DNA of 64,000 nt from Tolypothrix carrinoi HA7290-LM1 (GCA_019358935.1 JAHHIK010000027.1:13802-77801); one strand, 5' to 3'; numbered from the stretch's first letter, positions 32,157 through 42,548 are shown. Notes: a model not told the origin generated them from the letters alone. Numbers and translations: made by a program.

Positions 32157-32352
32157 TTAACCTTAAGCGCTGATATTAGCTTGATTGTGGCGGAAATTCT
32201 CTTTGCCACAGACAAGCTTGGTAATAACAAGCGTCCAGAGAAAAATATAACTTTAGTCATAAATACTTGGATTCTTCATTCTCCCGGACGTGGTGATTAA
32301 TTGGGGATTCTATAATAGTGAAGACAAACTGGAGAAATCCACGAGGCAATAA

Positions 32353-32802
32353 ATGAAGTTCAAAAACTTATCACTGATAGCTGGAGCAATCGCCCTAAGT
32401 TTAACGGCAATTCCTTTCTCGGTCAAGGCAGAAACCACTTCTGCTGCACCAGTAAGACTGGCACAGACACAACCAACAAAACCTGCTCAAGGTGGTATCC
32501 AACTCACACCGCAACAACAAACCCAAATCGAGCAAATTCGCGGTAACGTTCGCAAGCAAATTGAGCAAGTGCTAACAAAAGACCAACGCACACAAATCCA
32601 AACCGCTATGCAGTCAGGTAAGTCTGGGCGCGAAGCTTTTCAAGGGCTAACATTTACCCCAAAACAGCAGACTCAATTGCAGCAAATTATGGTATCATCG
32701 CAACAACAAATGGAAGCAGTTCTGACCTCTGACCAAAAGGCAGAATTAGCGCGTTTGCGCCAGCAAAATTCCATTCCTGGGACTTCAGCGCCTAAAAAAT
32801 AA
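32353..32802 (+). CDS. Second Spy/CpxP (LTXXQ) family protein
   Basis: Signal peptide similar to upstream paralog; LTPQQ, VLTKDQ, VLTSDQ. Confidence 0.82.
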   Translation: MKFKNLSLIAGAIALSLTAIPFSVKAETTSAAPVRLAQTQPTKPAQGGIQLTPQQQTQIEQIRGNVRKQIEQVLTKDQRTQIQTAMQSGKSGREAFQGLTFTPKQQTQLQQIMVSSQQQMEAVLTSDQKAELARLRQQNSIPGTSAPKK

Positions 32803-33050
32803 TTAATTAATAATTCCCTAATAGCTTCAGGGTACACTACCTAACGCATAGCGATCGCTTGTACACGTTAATCAGGCGATCGCATCTTTTTTTGTATCTA
32901 GTGTCACAAATTCAATTATTTTGATTGTTAAACTTCTCACACATTTCTTTAAGTACTTTCAAATAATATTTTTATATACTTCTTGTTTGGTTATTTGAAT
33001 TGAAACACTAAATATAGCGGTTTGCAGTTGATTTAAATACAGACCTAACC

Positions 33051-33178
33051 ACGCCACTTGCTTCAACGCGGGGAACCCGCGCAACGCAGTGGCTCCCCAG
33101 TCCCTTCCCTACGAGAGAAGGAAAGACCTAACCACGCCACTTGCTTCAACGCGGGGAACCCGCGCAACGCAGTGGCTC
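33051..33178 (+). repeat. Two identical 45-bp structured elements within a duplicated host repeat
   Basis: acgccacttgcttcaacgcggggaacccgcgcaacgcagtggctc at 33051-33095 and 33134-33178. Confidence 0.85.
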
Positions 33179-33369
33179 CCCAGCCCCTTCCCTATGAGGG
33201 AAGGGGAGAAAATTAAAGCCTCTCCAGTAATAAAAGCTGCTCCTCTTCCCTCCCCTTGTAGGGGAGGGTTAGGGAGAGGTAGGAGAGAGGTTTGGAGAGA
33301 GGTCAGATCGTCAAATTTAACAATCAGCAATATAAATATCCTCGCATCCGGGCAATCTAGCAGGAGAAA

Positions 33370-36300
33370 ATGATGAAGAAAAACTTTGCAACCATCGACG
33401 GCAATGAAGCTGTTGCCCGTGTTGCTTATCGATTAAATGAAGTAATTGCCATTTATCCTATCACCCCCTCTTCAGCAATGGGTGAATGGGCGGATGCATG
33501 GTCTTCTGAAAGCCGCCTCAATTTGTGGGGTACTGTGCCGAGTGTGATAGTAATGCAAAGCGAAGGTGGAGCCGCTGCTGCGGTACATGGAGCATTACAA
33601 ACAGGTTCCCTGACTACCACCTTCACGGCATCTCAGGGATTATTGTTAATGATTCCTAACCTTTACAAAATTGCTGGGGAACTAACTAGCGCTGTGATTC
33701 ACGTCGCCGCACGTTCTTTGGCTACCCACGCTTTATCAATTTTCGGCGACCAAAGTGATGTAATGGCAGCGCGTGCTACTGGCTTTGCGATGCTGTGTTC
33801 TGCCTCAGTGCAGGAAAGTCAAGATTTTGCCCTGATTGCTCATGCTGCCACTTTAGAAGCGCGAGTGCCGTTTATGCACTTCTTCGACGGTTTCCGCACC
33901 TCCCATGAAGTGCAAAAAGTCGAATTGCTAGAAGATGAGGATTTGCGATCGCTAATTAACGACGATCTTATATTCGCCCATCGCGCCCGCAGTCTCACCC
34001 CAGACCGTCCAGTATTGCGAGGAACGGCTCAAAACCCCGATGTCTACTTTCAATCCCGCGAAGCCGCTAACTTATACTACAACGCTTGTCCGGATATTGT
34101 TCAGCGATTGATGGATAAATTAGGCGTAAGCACCGGACGACATTACCAAATCTATGAATATCACGGTGCGCCCGATGCCGAACGTGTCATTATACTTATG
34201 GGTTCCGGCTGCGAGACAGTCCACGAAACTGTTGATTACCTCAACGCCCGTGGTGAAAAAGTAGGTGTTCTCAAAGTCAGATTATATCGCCCCTTTGATG
34301 CAACACGATTTGTTAATGCGCTGCCAAAAACAACGAAAGCGATCGCTGTCCTCGACCGCACCAAAGAACCAGGTAGTGCCGGTGAACCGTTGTATTTGGA
34401 TGTAGTCGCCGCGATCCATGAACAATGGAAGGACAAGGAGACAAGGAGACAAGGAGACAAGGAGGACAAGGAGGACAAGGAGGACAAGGGGGACGACTTG
34501 GAGACAATTTTTTCTCCCCATCCCCCCCTCCCCCCCTCCCCCCCTCTCCTTGTCTCCCCCTCCCCACTCCCCAAAATCATCGGTGGTCGTTACGGTCTTT
34601 CATCGAAAGAATTTACAAGTGCGATGGTTAAAGGTATTTTCGACAACCTCGCCCAGCCACAACCGAAAAACCACTTTACTATCGGTATCAACGACGACGT
34701 AAGCCACACTTCCCTGAACTTTGACTTTAACTTCTCCACCGAACCAGATAACGTCGTCCGGGCAATGTTCTACGGATTAGGTTCTGATGGCACAGTTGGT
34801 GCTAATAAAAACTCAATCAAGATTATTGGTGAACAAACAGACAACAACGCTCAAGGCTACTTTGTCTACGATTCCAAAAAATCTGGCTCAATGACCGTTT
34901 CCCATCTGCGCTTTGGTCAACAACCGATTCGCTCAACTTACCTAATTGACAAAGCCAACTTTATCGGTTGCCATCACTGGGAATTTTTAGAGCGCGTAGA
35001 TGTACTGAAAGCGGCTGTGTTTGGGGGAACTTTTTTACTCAACAGTCCTTATAATGCTGATATTGTCTGGGAACATCTCCCGCTAAAAGTACAGCAACAA
35101 ATTATCGCCAAGCAACTTAAATTCTACGTCATCAATGCTACTGAAGTTGCCCGCGAAAGCGGCATGGGCGGCAGAATTAATACTATTATGCAAGTATGCT
35201 TCTTTGCTTTAGCGGGTGTCTTGCCAGAAGAAGAAGCCATAATCAAAATCAAGCAAGCAATTGAAAAAACCTACGGCAAAAAAGGCGCCGAAGTCGTCCA
35301 GAAGAATCTGCAAGCTGTAGACCAGACGCTGGAGAATTTGCATAAAGTCGATGTGATAGGGGAGACAAGGGCGACGGGCGTGGGGACAGGGGGACAAGGG
35401 GGACAAGGGGGACAAGGAGGACTCCTTGGAGACAAGGAGACTATTCTTTCTCCCCATCCCCCCATCCCCCCCTCTCCCCATCTCCCCCTCCTCCCCGACG
35501 CTCCCGAATTTGTGCAGTCAGTTTTGGGTAAAATCATGGCGTGGGAAGGTGATGACTTACCCGTGAGTGCGCTACCTGTTGATGGGACTTTTCCTACCGG
35601 CACTGCTAAATGGGAAAAACGCAATATCGCTACGGAGATTCCTGTATGGGATGCGGATGTCTGCGTGCAGTGTGGCAAATGCATTATGGTTTGTCCTCAT
35701 GGAGTCATTCGAGGCAAGGTTTATGAACCAGGTGAATTAGTTAATGCGCCGGCAACTTTCAAGTCAACTGAAGCGAAAGATAAAGACTTTGCTAATCAGC
35801 AATTTACCATTCAGGTTGCCCCAGAAGACTGTACAGGCTGCGCTATTTGTGTAGAGATTTGTCCGGCTAAAAATAAGTTAGAGCCGACGCGCAAAGCGAT
35901 TAATATGGAAGCGCAGTTGCCTATACGCGAACAAGAGCGGGAAAACTGGAATTTCTTTCTCAGTTTACCAAATCCTGACCGACGCGAATTAAAACTAAAC
36001 CAGATTCGTCAACAACAACTGCAAGAACCTTTATTTGAATTTTCTGGTGCTTGTGCTGGTTGTGGGGAGACGCCTTATTTAAAATTATTAACACAACTGT
36101 TTGGCGATCGCTCTGTTATTGCCAACGCTACAGGTTGTTCTTCAATTTACGGGGGAAACCTTCCCACCACCCCTTGGACAACAAACGCTGAAGGAAGAGG
36201 TCCTGCTTGGTCGAATAGTCTTTTTGAAGATAACGCTGAATTCGGTCTTGGTTTTCGTCTTTCTCTAGACAAGCAAGCCGAATTTGCCGCCGAACTACTG

Positions 36301-37203
36301 CAACAATTAAGCGGTGAAATAGGCGATAATCTTGTTCAGTCCATCCTCAAGCAGAAGCAAAAATCTGAAGCTGATATTTGGGAACAACGCGAACAAGTAG
36401 CGCTGTTGAAACAACGGTTAGACGAAATTCCGGAAAATGACAATCCAAAATCACGCCACATGCTTCAAGCCGGGGAACCCGTCCAACGCAGTGGCTCCCA
36501 AATCCAAAATCTCAAATCGATTGCTGACTACTTGGTGAGAAAAAGCGTCTGGATTGTCGGCGGTGATGGTTGGGCGTATGATATTGATTTTGGCGGATTG
36601 GATCATGTCCTTGCCAGCGGTCGCAATGTCAACATTTTGGTAATGGATACCGAAGTGTATTCTAACACTGGCGGTCAATCATCTAAAGCTACACCGCGAG
36701 GTGCGATCGCTAAATATGCCGCCAGCGGTAAGCCAGCACCAAAGAAAGACTTGGGGCTAATCGCCATGACTTACGGTAATGTCTACGTAGCGAGTGTAGC
36801 GCTTGGTGCGAGAGATGAACACACCCTAAAAGCATTTATAGAAGCAGAAGCTTATGAAGGACCATCACTGATTATCGCTTACAGTCATTGCATCGCCCAC
36901 GGCATCAACATGACCACAGCTATGAATCATCAAAAAGCTTTGGTAGAATCAGGACGTTGGTTGCTGTATCGTTACAATCCCGAATTGCAGCAAGCGGGTA
37001 AGAATCCATTACAATTGGATATGCGTCAGCCTAAGCAGTCGATAGAACAGTCGATGTATCAAGAAAATCGCTTCAAGATGCTGACTAAGAGTAAACCCGA
37101 AGTTGCCAAACGTCTTTTAGAAGAAGCGCAAGCGGAAGTGGATGCCCGTTGGAAAATGTACGATTATCTCGCAGCGCGTAATGTAGGAGAGGATAAGGAA
37201 TAG
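33370..37203 (+). CDS. nifJ: Pyruvate:ferredoxin/flavodoxin oxidoreductase with three in-frame repeat insertions
   Basis: AIYPITPSS, MQSEGGAA, GLGSDGTVG, two CxxCxxCxxxCP motifs, FSGACAGCGET, GGDGWAYDI, DTEVYSNTGGQ. Confidence 0.97.
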   Translation: MMKKNFATIDGNEAVARVAYRLNEVIAIYPITPSSAMGEWADAWSSESRLNLWGTVPSVIVMQSEGGAAAAVHGALQTGSLTTTFTASQGLLLMIPNLYKIAGELTSAVIHVAARSLATHALSIFGDQSDVMAARATGFAMLCSASVQESQDFALIAHAATLEARVPFMHFFDGFRTSHEVQKVELLEDEDLRSLINDDLIFAHRARSLTPDRPVLRGTAQNPDVYFQSREAANLYYNACPDIVQRLMDKLGVSTGRHYQIYEYHGAPDAERVIILMGSGCETVHETVDYLNARGEKVGVLKVRLYRPFDATRFVNALPKTTKAIAVLDRTKEPGSAGEPLYLDVVAAIHEQWKDKETRRQGDKEDKEDKEDKGDDLETIFSPHPPLPPSPPLLVSPSPLPKIIGGRYGLSSKEFTSAMVKGIFDNLAQPQPKNHFTIGINDDVSHTSLNFDFNFSTEPDNVVRAMFYGLGSDGTVGANKNSIKIIGEQTDNNAQGYFVYDSKKSGSMTVSHLRFGQQPIRSTYLIDKANFIGCHHWEFLERVDVLKAAVFGGTFLLNSPYNADIVWEHLPLKVQQQIIAKQLKFYVINATEVARESGMGGRINTIMQVCFFALAGVLPEEEAIIKIKQAIEKTYGKKGAEVVQKNLQAVDQTLENLHKVDVIGETRATGVGTGGQGGQGGQGGLLGDKETILSPHPPIPPSPHLPLLPDAPEFVQSVLGKIMAWEGDDLPVSALPVDGTFPTGTAKWEKRNIATEIPVWDADVCVQCGKCIMVCPHGVIRGKVYEPGELVNAPATFKSTEAKDKDFANQQFTIQVAPEDCTGCAICVEICPAKNKLEPTRKAINMEAQLPIREQERENWNFFLSLPNPDRRELKLNQIRQQQLQEPLFEFSGACAGCGETPYLKLLTQLFGDRSVIANATGCSSIYGGNLPTTPWTTNAEGRGPAWSNSLFEDNAEFGLGFRLSLDKQAEFAAELLQQLSGEIGDNLVQSILKQKQKSEADIWEQREQVALLKQRLDEIPENDNPKSRHMLQAGEPVQRSGSQIQNLKSIADYLVRKSVWIVGGDGWAYDIDFGGLDHVLASGRNVNILVMDTEVYSNTGGQSSKATPRGAIAKYAASGKPAPKKDLGLIAMTYGNVYVASVALGARDEHTLKAFIEAEAYEGPSLIIAYSHCIAHGINMTTAMNHQKALVESGRWLLYRYNPELQQAGKNPLQLDMRQPKQSIEQSMYQENRFKMLTKSKPEVAKRLLEEAQAEVDARWKMYDYLAARNVGEDKE

Positions 37204-37206
37204 GCT

Positions 37207-37783
37207 AATGAGTCTTTTATACTCATTAATGAGTCTTTGAACCTCATTAATGAGTCTTTGAACCTCATTAAAGAGTCTTTGAACCTCATTAAAGAGTCTT
37301 TGAACCTCATTAAAGAGTCTTTGAACCTCATTAAAGAGTCTTTGAACCTCATTAAAGAGTCTTTGAACCTCATTAATGAGTCTTTGAACCTCATTAAAGA
37401 GTCTTTGAACCTCATTAAAGAGTCTTTGAACCTCATTAATGAGTCTTTGAACCTCATTAATGAGTCTTTGAACCTCATTAATGAGTCTTTGATACTCGTT
37501 AATCTATATCAGAACTCGGTCGATGAGTCTTTGATACTCGTTAATCTATATCAGAACTCGGTCGATGAGTCTTTGATACTCGTTAATCTATATCAGAACT
37601 CGGTCGATGAGTCTTTGATACTCGTTAATCTATATCAGAACTCGGTCGATGAGTCTTTGATACTCGTTAATCTATATCAGAACTCGGTCGATGAGTCTTT
37701 GATACTCGTTAATCTATATCAGAACTCGGTCGATGAGTCTTTGATACTCGTTAATCTATATCAGAACTCGGTCGATGAGTCTT
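37207..37783. repeat. Composite tandem array: 13 x 21 bp followed by 7 x 42 bp
   Basis: aa(t/a)gagtctttgaacctcatt units, then gagtctttgatactcgttaatctatatcagaactcggtcgat units; no spacers. Confidence 0.95.
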
Positions 37784-37843
37784 AAGTCCTTGTCATGCGG
37801 ACTTTGTTTATGTAGCCGCGACTTTAGTCGTCGGGCGGTGGTA

Positions 37844-38731
37844 TTATATATCAGTATGGGAATTGCGCGATCGCGCTACAATGCCGTACATTAATGGTAG
37901 ACTTGGCATATCTAGTGGTGGAAACATGCGCCGTCCCGAAGCTTCGCGCATCCGCTCAAATAGCTTGCAGCCATTGCTATATGGGTATTCTTTCAACACT
38001 TCTAAAGTCAGCCCAGCTTGCAACAATGCTGTGACTATCTCCCCAATGCCCCACTGAAACTCATGGGAACGGTAGGGATTTTGAAAATTCTCAATACCTT
38101 TTTCGTAGCCCCAAGGTGTCAAACCACCGCTAGACTCAGCCACATAGTCGCTGATACCATCTTGCCAAGTTAGAGGCTTTCCCTCAGAGAAATAAGAGAA
38201 TTTGCGACTCCAATCTGTGTCAAACATCATCGCTACAGGGTGGAAATCCACGACAACAAAGCGTCCATCAGGTTTGAGAATGTTTGAAATTCCTTTTGCC
38301 CAAAGGCTGAGATTAGATATCCAACACACAGCCCCATAAGAAGAGAATACAATATCGAACTGCTCGTTTTTCTTCGCTGCTTCCTCCAGCCAATCAAAAA
38401 TATCAGCCCGATGAAAGGTTGCGGGAATTCCAGATTCCTCTGAGAGTTTTTGGGCAAAAGTAATTGCTTCGTCGCTAATATCTACCCCAGTACCTAAAGC
38501 ACCAAGTTGCACCAGACTCAAAGTATCTTGCCCAGCATTGCATTGCAGATGAACCAAAGACAAGTTTGCAATATTTCCCAAAAGTTCCTTTTCTTCTGGA
38601 AATAGTGTACAGCCACCTTCTCTAAAAAACTTTGCTTGATTACCCTTATGGCTATTGTGCGCTTTGGTTGCTTCATTCCAAGACAAGCGATTCTCTTCAT
38701 GAAGTTCTTTTCTTAAAGGTGCGCTGCTCAT
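37844..38731 (-). CDS. Class I SAM-dependent methyltransferase
   Basis: ENRLSWN, LVHLQCNAGQDTLSL, GVDIS, FDIVFSSYG, LKPDG, DFHP. Confidence 0.9.
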   Translation of the reverse strand: MSSAPLRKELHEENRLSWNEATKAHNSHKGNQAKFFREGGCTLFPEEKELLGNIANLSLVHLQCNAGQDTLSLVQLGALGTGVDISDEAITFAQKLSEESGIPATFHRADIFDWLEEAAKKNEQFDIVFSSYGAVCWISNLSLWAKGISNILKPDGRFVVVDFHPVAMMFDTDWSRKFSYFSEGKPLTWQDGISDYVAESSGGLTPWGYEKGIENFQNPYRSHEFQWGIGEIVTALLQAGLTLEVLKEYPYSNGCKLFERMREASGRRMFPPLDMPSLPLMYGIVARSRNSHTDI

Positions 38732-38853
38732 AATCTTGTTTATTTTACGAATGATAAATAAATTAAAGTTCGTAGTAACCACTAAAGTGGTTAAGCGCTG
38801 AAGCGCTTACTACGAACTTTAAAATACTTTCAGTTTAATTGTATTTACGCAGC

Positions 38854-39012
38854 TTACTTCCTAGCAATCACCCATATCGCGTGAACAATCCCCGGAATAT
38901 AGCCGAAAAGCGTCAAAACGATATTAATCCAAAAATCTATACCAATACCAACTTGCAAAAATACTCCCAGAGGTGGCAGAAATACAGCGCAAAGAATTCT
39001 AACTAAATCCAT
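38854..39012 (-). CDS. YqaE/Pmp3 family small membrane protein (52 aa, not in ORF track)
   Basis: Manual translation MDLVRILCAVFLPPLGVFLQVGIGIDFWINIVLTLFGYIPGIVHAIWVIARK; GGAGG RBS upstream. Confidence 0.92.
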   Translation of the reverse strand: MDLVRILCAVFLPPLGVFLQVGIGIDFWINIVLTLFGYIPGIVHAIWVIARK

Positions 39013-39177
39013 TTCAACCTCCTATTAATATAAAACCGAGCAGCCATGCTTGTTAATTTATCGCAACTGCTCAAACTTATTTCTACTTTTTAAGGTAACA
39101 TCGCCTATATCTTTCTAGATACGGTTTACCACACTCACGCACCCTTGAAGAGCGATCGCACAAGTTTTAAGTTATTC

Positions 39178-39363
39178 TTAAGTTTGTTGAGGCGATCGCT
39201 TCTCTTGGATGACTTGCTTTAATTCTTCTATTGAGTTAAGTCGCTTGCCTTGAGTTTTAACTCGCACTGTCAATTCATGTAAGGCATCGTCGTCATCCCG
39301 GTGCTGCAAAACATAAGCTTTCAGTTCTTCATTGCTCATTGCAGCAAAATTAGGTTTTATCAT
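39178..39363 (-). CDS. Small cyanobacterial protein (DUF6887-like)
   Basis: KPNFAAMS.EELKAYVL.HRDD.DA; start overlaps upstream stop. Confidence 0.7.
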   Translation of the reverse strand: MIKPNFAAMSNEELKAYVLQHRDDDDALHELTVRVKTQGKRLNSIEELKQVIQEKRSPQQT

Positions 39364-39542
39364 AAATAATCCACGTTTCCTATTTTGTCAATTACTATTA
39401 CTATTTCTTCACCTGCTAGAATGACGACATTGCCAGTCCTTTCGTCGAGCCGAACTAGGTTAAGTGGTAGGTACATTTGGGTGAGGTTTTGGCACACCCT
39501 GAATAATTCCATTGTTTGCTCTACAGTCGGTTTCATTACCAC
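39360..39542 (-). CDS. Small cyanobacterial protein (DUF6888-like)
   Basis: PT.EQ...FRVCQ.LT.MY...LVRLDERTGN..ILAG. Confidence 0.7.
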   Translation of the reverse strand: MVMKPTVEQTMELFRVCQNLTQMYLPLNLVRLDERTGNVVILAGEEIVIVIDKIGNVDYL

Positions 39543-39547
39543 ACCGA

Positions 39548-39892
39548 TTAACCACCGCTAATTTTCGCTTTGTAACCAAGCTTAATCAAAATCTCCAGAA
39601 TTTTCTGCTTGTGGTCGCCTTGAATTTCAATATCATTATCTTTAACTGTGCCACCTGTACCGCATTGGCTTTTCAACTGTTTCACCAAATCTGCTAAGGT
39701 TTCTGGTTTTGCTTGAAACCCAGTAATCACGGTGACAGTTTTACCTTTGCGTCCGCTGCGGGTAGCTTGTACGCGGACATTTTGTTGTTGCGGTGGTAGT
39801 TCTTGAGTTGGTCTTTCTAAAGCAGCGGAGTTATCATTACCAAATTCTTGGTAGACAATACGTTTGTCGGAGTTACCTTTTCCAGAAGCCAT
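39548..39892 (-). CDS. yciH: SUI1/YciH translation initiation factor
   Basis: GRKGKTVTVI, LKSQCGTGGTVK, IEIQGDH. Confidence 0.92.
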   Translation of the reverse strand: MASGKGNSDKRIVYQEFGNDNSAALERPTQELPPQQQNVRVQATRSGRKGKTVTVITGFQAKPETLADLVKQLKSQCGTGGTVKDNDIEIQGDHKQKILEILIKLGYKAKISGG

Positions 39893-39920
39893 AATACATC
39901 AATTAAAATTCAGCTTTAGG

Positions 39921-40036
39921 GATTGGGTAATCGGTAATCGGTAATCGGTAATTGGTAATCGGTAATCGGTAATTGGGAACGTGTTCTTTCCCATTCCCCA
40001 TTACCCATTCCCCATTACCCATTACCCCATTCCCCA
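39921..40036. repeat. STRR heptamer arrays in inverted arrangement
   Basis: (ggtaatc/t)n followed by (cccatta/c)n. Confidence 0.85.
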
Positions 40037-40112
40037 ATCATATTAAGCGATCGTATCTTATCTGCCTCAGACTTTTCTATAATTAAGTTCGTCCTGTCAT
40101 CGAAATTCATCT

Positions 40113-41348
40113 GTGACTACCACTCCCCTTCCTTCTCAATCAACTGCCCAAAGCCCTGATACTCAAGGACGTTTTGGACGCTTTGGCGGTAAGTATGTCC
40201 CAGAAACGCTGATGCCTGCTTTAGTTGAATTAGAAGCAGCTTATCAGCAATACCGCAATGACGCTGAATTTCAAGCTGAACTGCAACAATTGTTACGCGA
40301 TTATGTCGGACGCGCTACACCTTTGTATTTCGCCGAACGCCTTACCGCTCATTATGCCAGACCAGATGGCACGGGAGCGCAAATTTATTTAAAGCGTGAA
40401 GATTTAAATCACACTGGCGCTCATAAAATTAATAATGCTTTGGCTCAGGTTTTGCTAGCAAAGCGGATGGGCAAGCAGCGAATTATTGCCGAAACCGGTG
40501 CAGGACAACATGGAGTAGCTACAGCTACAGTTTGCGCTCGTTTTGGGCTGGAATGTGTGATTTACATGGGTGTTCACGACATGGAACGCCAAGCTTTAAA
40601 TGTGTTTAGAATGCGGTTAATGGGGGCAGAAGTGCGCCCGGTAGAAGCTGGTACTGGAACTTTGAAGGATGCAACTTCTGAGGCAATTCGGGATTGGGTA
40701 ACGAATGTAGAGACGACTCATTATATCCTGGGTTCGGTGGCAGGACCTCATCCTTACCCGATGATAGTACGCGATTTTCATGCGGTGATTGGGCAAGAAA
40801 CCCGCGCTCAAGCGATGGAAAAATGGGGGGGTTTGCCAGATATTCTTCTGGCTTGCGTCGGTGGTGGTTCTAATGCGATGGGACTATTTCATGAGTTTGT
40901 CAAGGAATCTTCTGTGCGCTTAATTGGTGTGGAAGCAGCCGGCGAAGGTGTAAATACAGAAAAACACGCTGCAACCTTGACAAAAGGACAAATAGGTGTA
41001 TTGCACGGAGCGATGAGCTATTTGTTGCAAGATGAGGATGGGCAAGTAATTGAAGCTCATTCGATTAGTGCGGGGTTAGATTATCCTGGTGTGGGTCCAG
41101 AACACAGTTATTTAAAGGATACTGCGCGTGCAGAATATTACAGCGTCACAGATGAAGAGGCTTTGGCGGCGTTTCGGATGCTGTCGCAGTTAGAGGGAAT
41201 TATACCAGCATTAGAAACGGCTCATGCGATCGCCTACTTAAATACTTTATGCCCGCAGTTAAATGGTAGTCCCAAAATTGTCATTAACTGCTCTGGACGC
41301 GGTGACAAAGATGTGCAAACTGTAGCCAAATTCTTAGGGAATGGGTAA
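40113..41348 (+). CDS. trpB: Tryptophan synthase beta chain
   Basis: [56 protein letters not shown]. Confidence 0.98.
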   Translation: MTTTPLPSQSTAQSPDTQGRFGRFGGKYVPETLMPALVELEAAYQQYRNDAEFQAELQQLLRDYVGRATPLYFAERLTAHYARPDGTGAQIYLKREDLNHTGAHKINNALAQVLLAKRMGKQRIIAETGAGQHGVATATVCARFGLECVIYMGVHDMERQALNVFRMRLMGAEVRPVEAGTGTLKDATSEAIRDWVTNVETTHYILGSVAGPHPYPMIVRDFHAVIGQETRAQAMEKWGGLPDILLACVGGGSNAMGLFHEFVKESSVRLIGVEAAGEGVNTEKHAATLTKGQIGVLHGAMSYLLQDEDGQVIEAHSISAGLDYPGVGPEHSYLKDTARAEYYSVTDEEALAAFRMLSQLEGIIPALETAHAIAYLNTLCPQLNGSPKIVINCSGRGDKDVQTVAKFLGNG

Positions 41349-41529
41349 TGGGTAATGGGGCATGGGGCATCGGGCATGGGGCATCGGGCATGGGGCATCG
41401 GGCATGGGGCATCGGGCATAGTCCTTTGTGAAATACGCGATCGCTTCTTTTTATTCCCATTGCCCATTGCCCATTGCCCATTGCCCATTGCCCATTGCCC
41501 ATTGCCCATTGCCCATTGCCCATTGCCCA
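41349..41529. repeat. STRR heptamer arrays (gggcatg/gggcatc and cccattg)
   Basis: Directly visible downstream of trpB. Confidence 0.9.
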
Positions 41530-41678
41530 AATTGTTAAATTTTTATTTTGATTTGCTCGCCCGTCGCTCTTATTGTAATTAAATACTCTAACTAAGGCGA
41601 TCGCAATGTGCAAATATTTCCTAACATCCCGGAATACTGAAAAGTCTACGGGTATATCAGGAAACAAAAAAGCAGGGG

Positions 41679-42263
41679 ATGCGTCTAAAAACTCTACATA
41701 TTACTCAACTCTTCATGTTTCGACAAACTGCTTTTGGCATCGCTTTCAGTGCGCTTGTCCTAGCCAGTGGATTAACGAGCAGTCCTGTACCAGGTCACAC
41801 GACGAAAAAAAACAGCGATCATCAGCCGTTGTCGATTGGGTCTAGTCAAGTTGCATTGTCCCCTACTACTACTTTTAAAACCACTGCTCTAGAAAAATCA
41901 GTTTTTGACCAAATTAATCGCTATCGAGTTTCTAAGGGCTTGTCAAAACTGACTTTAAATGCAAACATCACTCGCCAAGCAAGGATTCACAGTCAAAATA
42001 TGGCTAATGGTAAAGTTCTGTTTAGTCACAAGGGGTTTGAAAAGCGAGTCAATTCTGTCCCGATTAAATACAAGAGTGCGGCAGAAAATGTAGCTTTTAA
42101 CCAAGGCTATAGCGATCCAGCAAGCCAAGCTATGACTGGTTGGATCAACAGTCCCGGACATCTAAAAAACATTAAAGGCAAATACAACTTAACTGGGATT
42201 GGTGTTGCTGCTAATAGTGAAGGCGAAGTTTATCTGACACAGATTTTTATTAGCAATAAATAG
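41679..42263 (+). CDS. CAP (SCP-like) domain secreted protein
   Basis: INRYR...L..L, ARIHS..MA, AAENVA, GWINSPGHLKNI, TGIGVA, YLTQIF. Confidence 0.92.
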   Translation: MRLKTLHITQLFMFRQTAFGIAFSALVLASGLTSSPVPGHTTKKNSDHQPLSIGSSQVALSPTTTFKTTALEKSVFDQINRYRVSKGLSKLTLNANITRQARIHSQNMANGKVLFSHKGFEKRVNSVPIKYKSAAENVAFNQGYSDPASQAMTGWINSPGHLKNIKGKYNLTGIGVAANSEGEVYLTQIFISNK

Positions 42264-42508
42264 GGATTAGTTAGTGGGTAGTGGATAGTGGATAGTGGGC
42301 ATGGGGCATGGGGCATGGGGCATGGGGCATGGGGCATGGGGCATGGGGGAGCCAGTGCGTTGGAAAGGCTCTGCCGACTTGAAGCATAGCCGCGTCATGG
42401 CGACTGGAAAAAGAATTATTACCCATTACCCATTACCCATTCCCAATTCCCAATGCCCAATGCCCATTGCCCAATGCCCACTAACAACTAACCACTAACT
42501 ACTAACTA
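42264..42508. repeat. STRR arrays containing a variant of the 45-bp element (42349-42407, minus strand)
   Basis: (gggcatg)n, gagccagtgcgttgg...cttgaagca, (cccatta)n, (actaacc)n. Confidence 0.8.
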
Positions 42509-42548
42509 TCAGGTAATATGAGTTATTAAACCGGACTTAATTCAATTC

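Noticed and set aside
32894..32907. NtcA-like site upstream of nifJ (GTA-N8-CAC)
   Set aside because: Imperfect match, ~460 bp from the start, cannot be told from chance
37207..37783. CRISPR array
   Set aside because: Units are contiguous with no unique spacers, and there are no cas genes in the window
41234..41667. ORFs with MGNGQW/CPMP/PIPHSP repeats (also near 23138, 42295, 48152-48683, 52563-52927)
   Set aside because: Translations of non-coding heptamer/nonamer arrays
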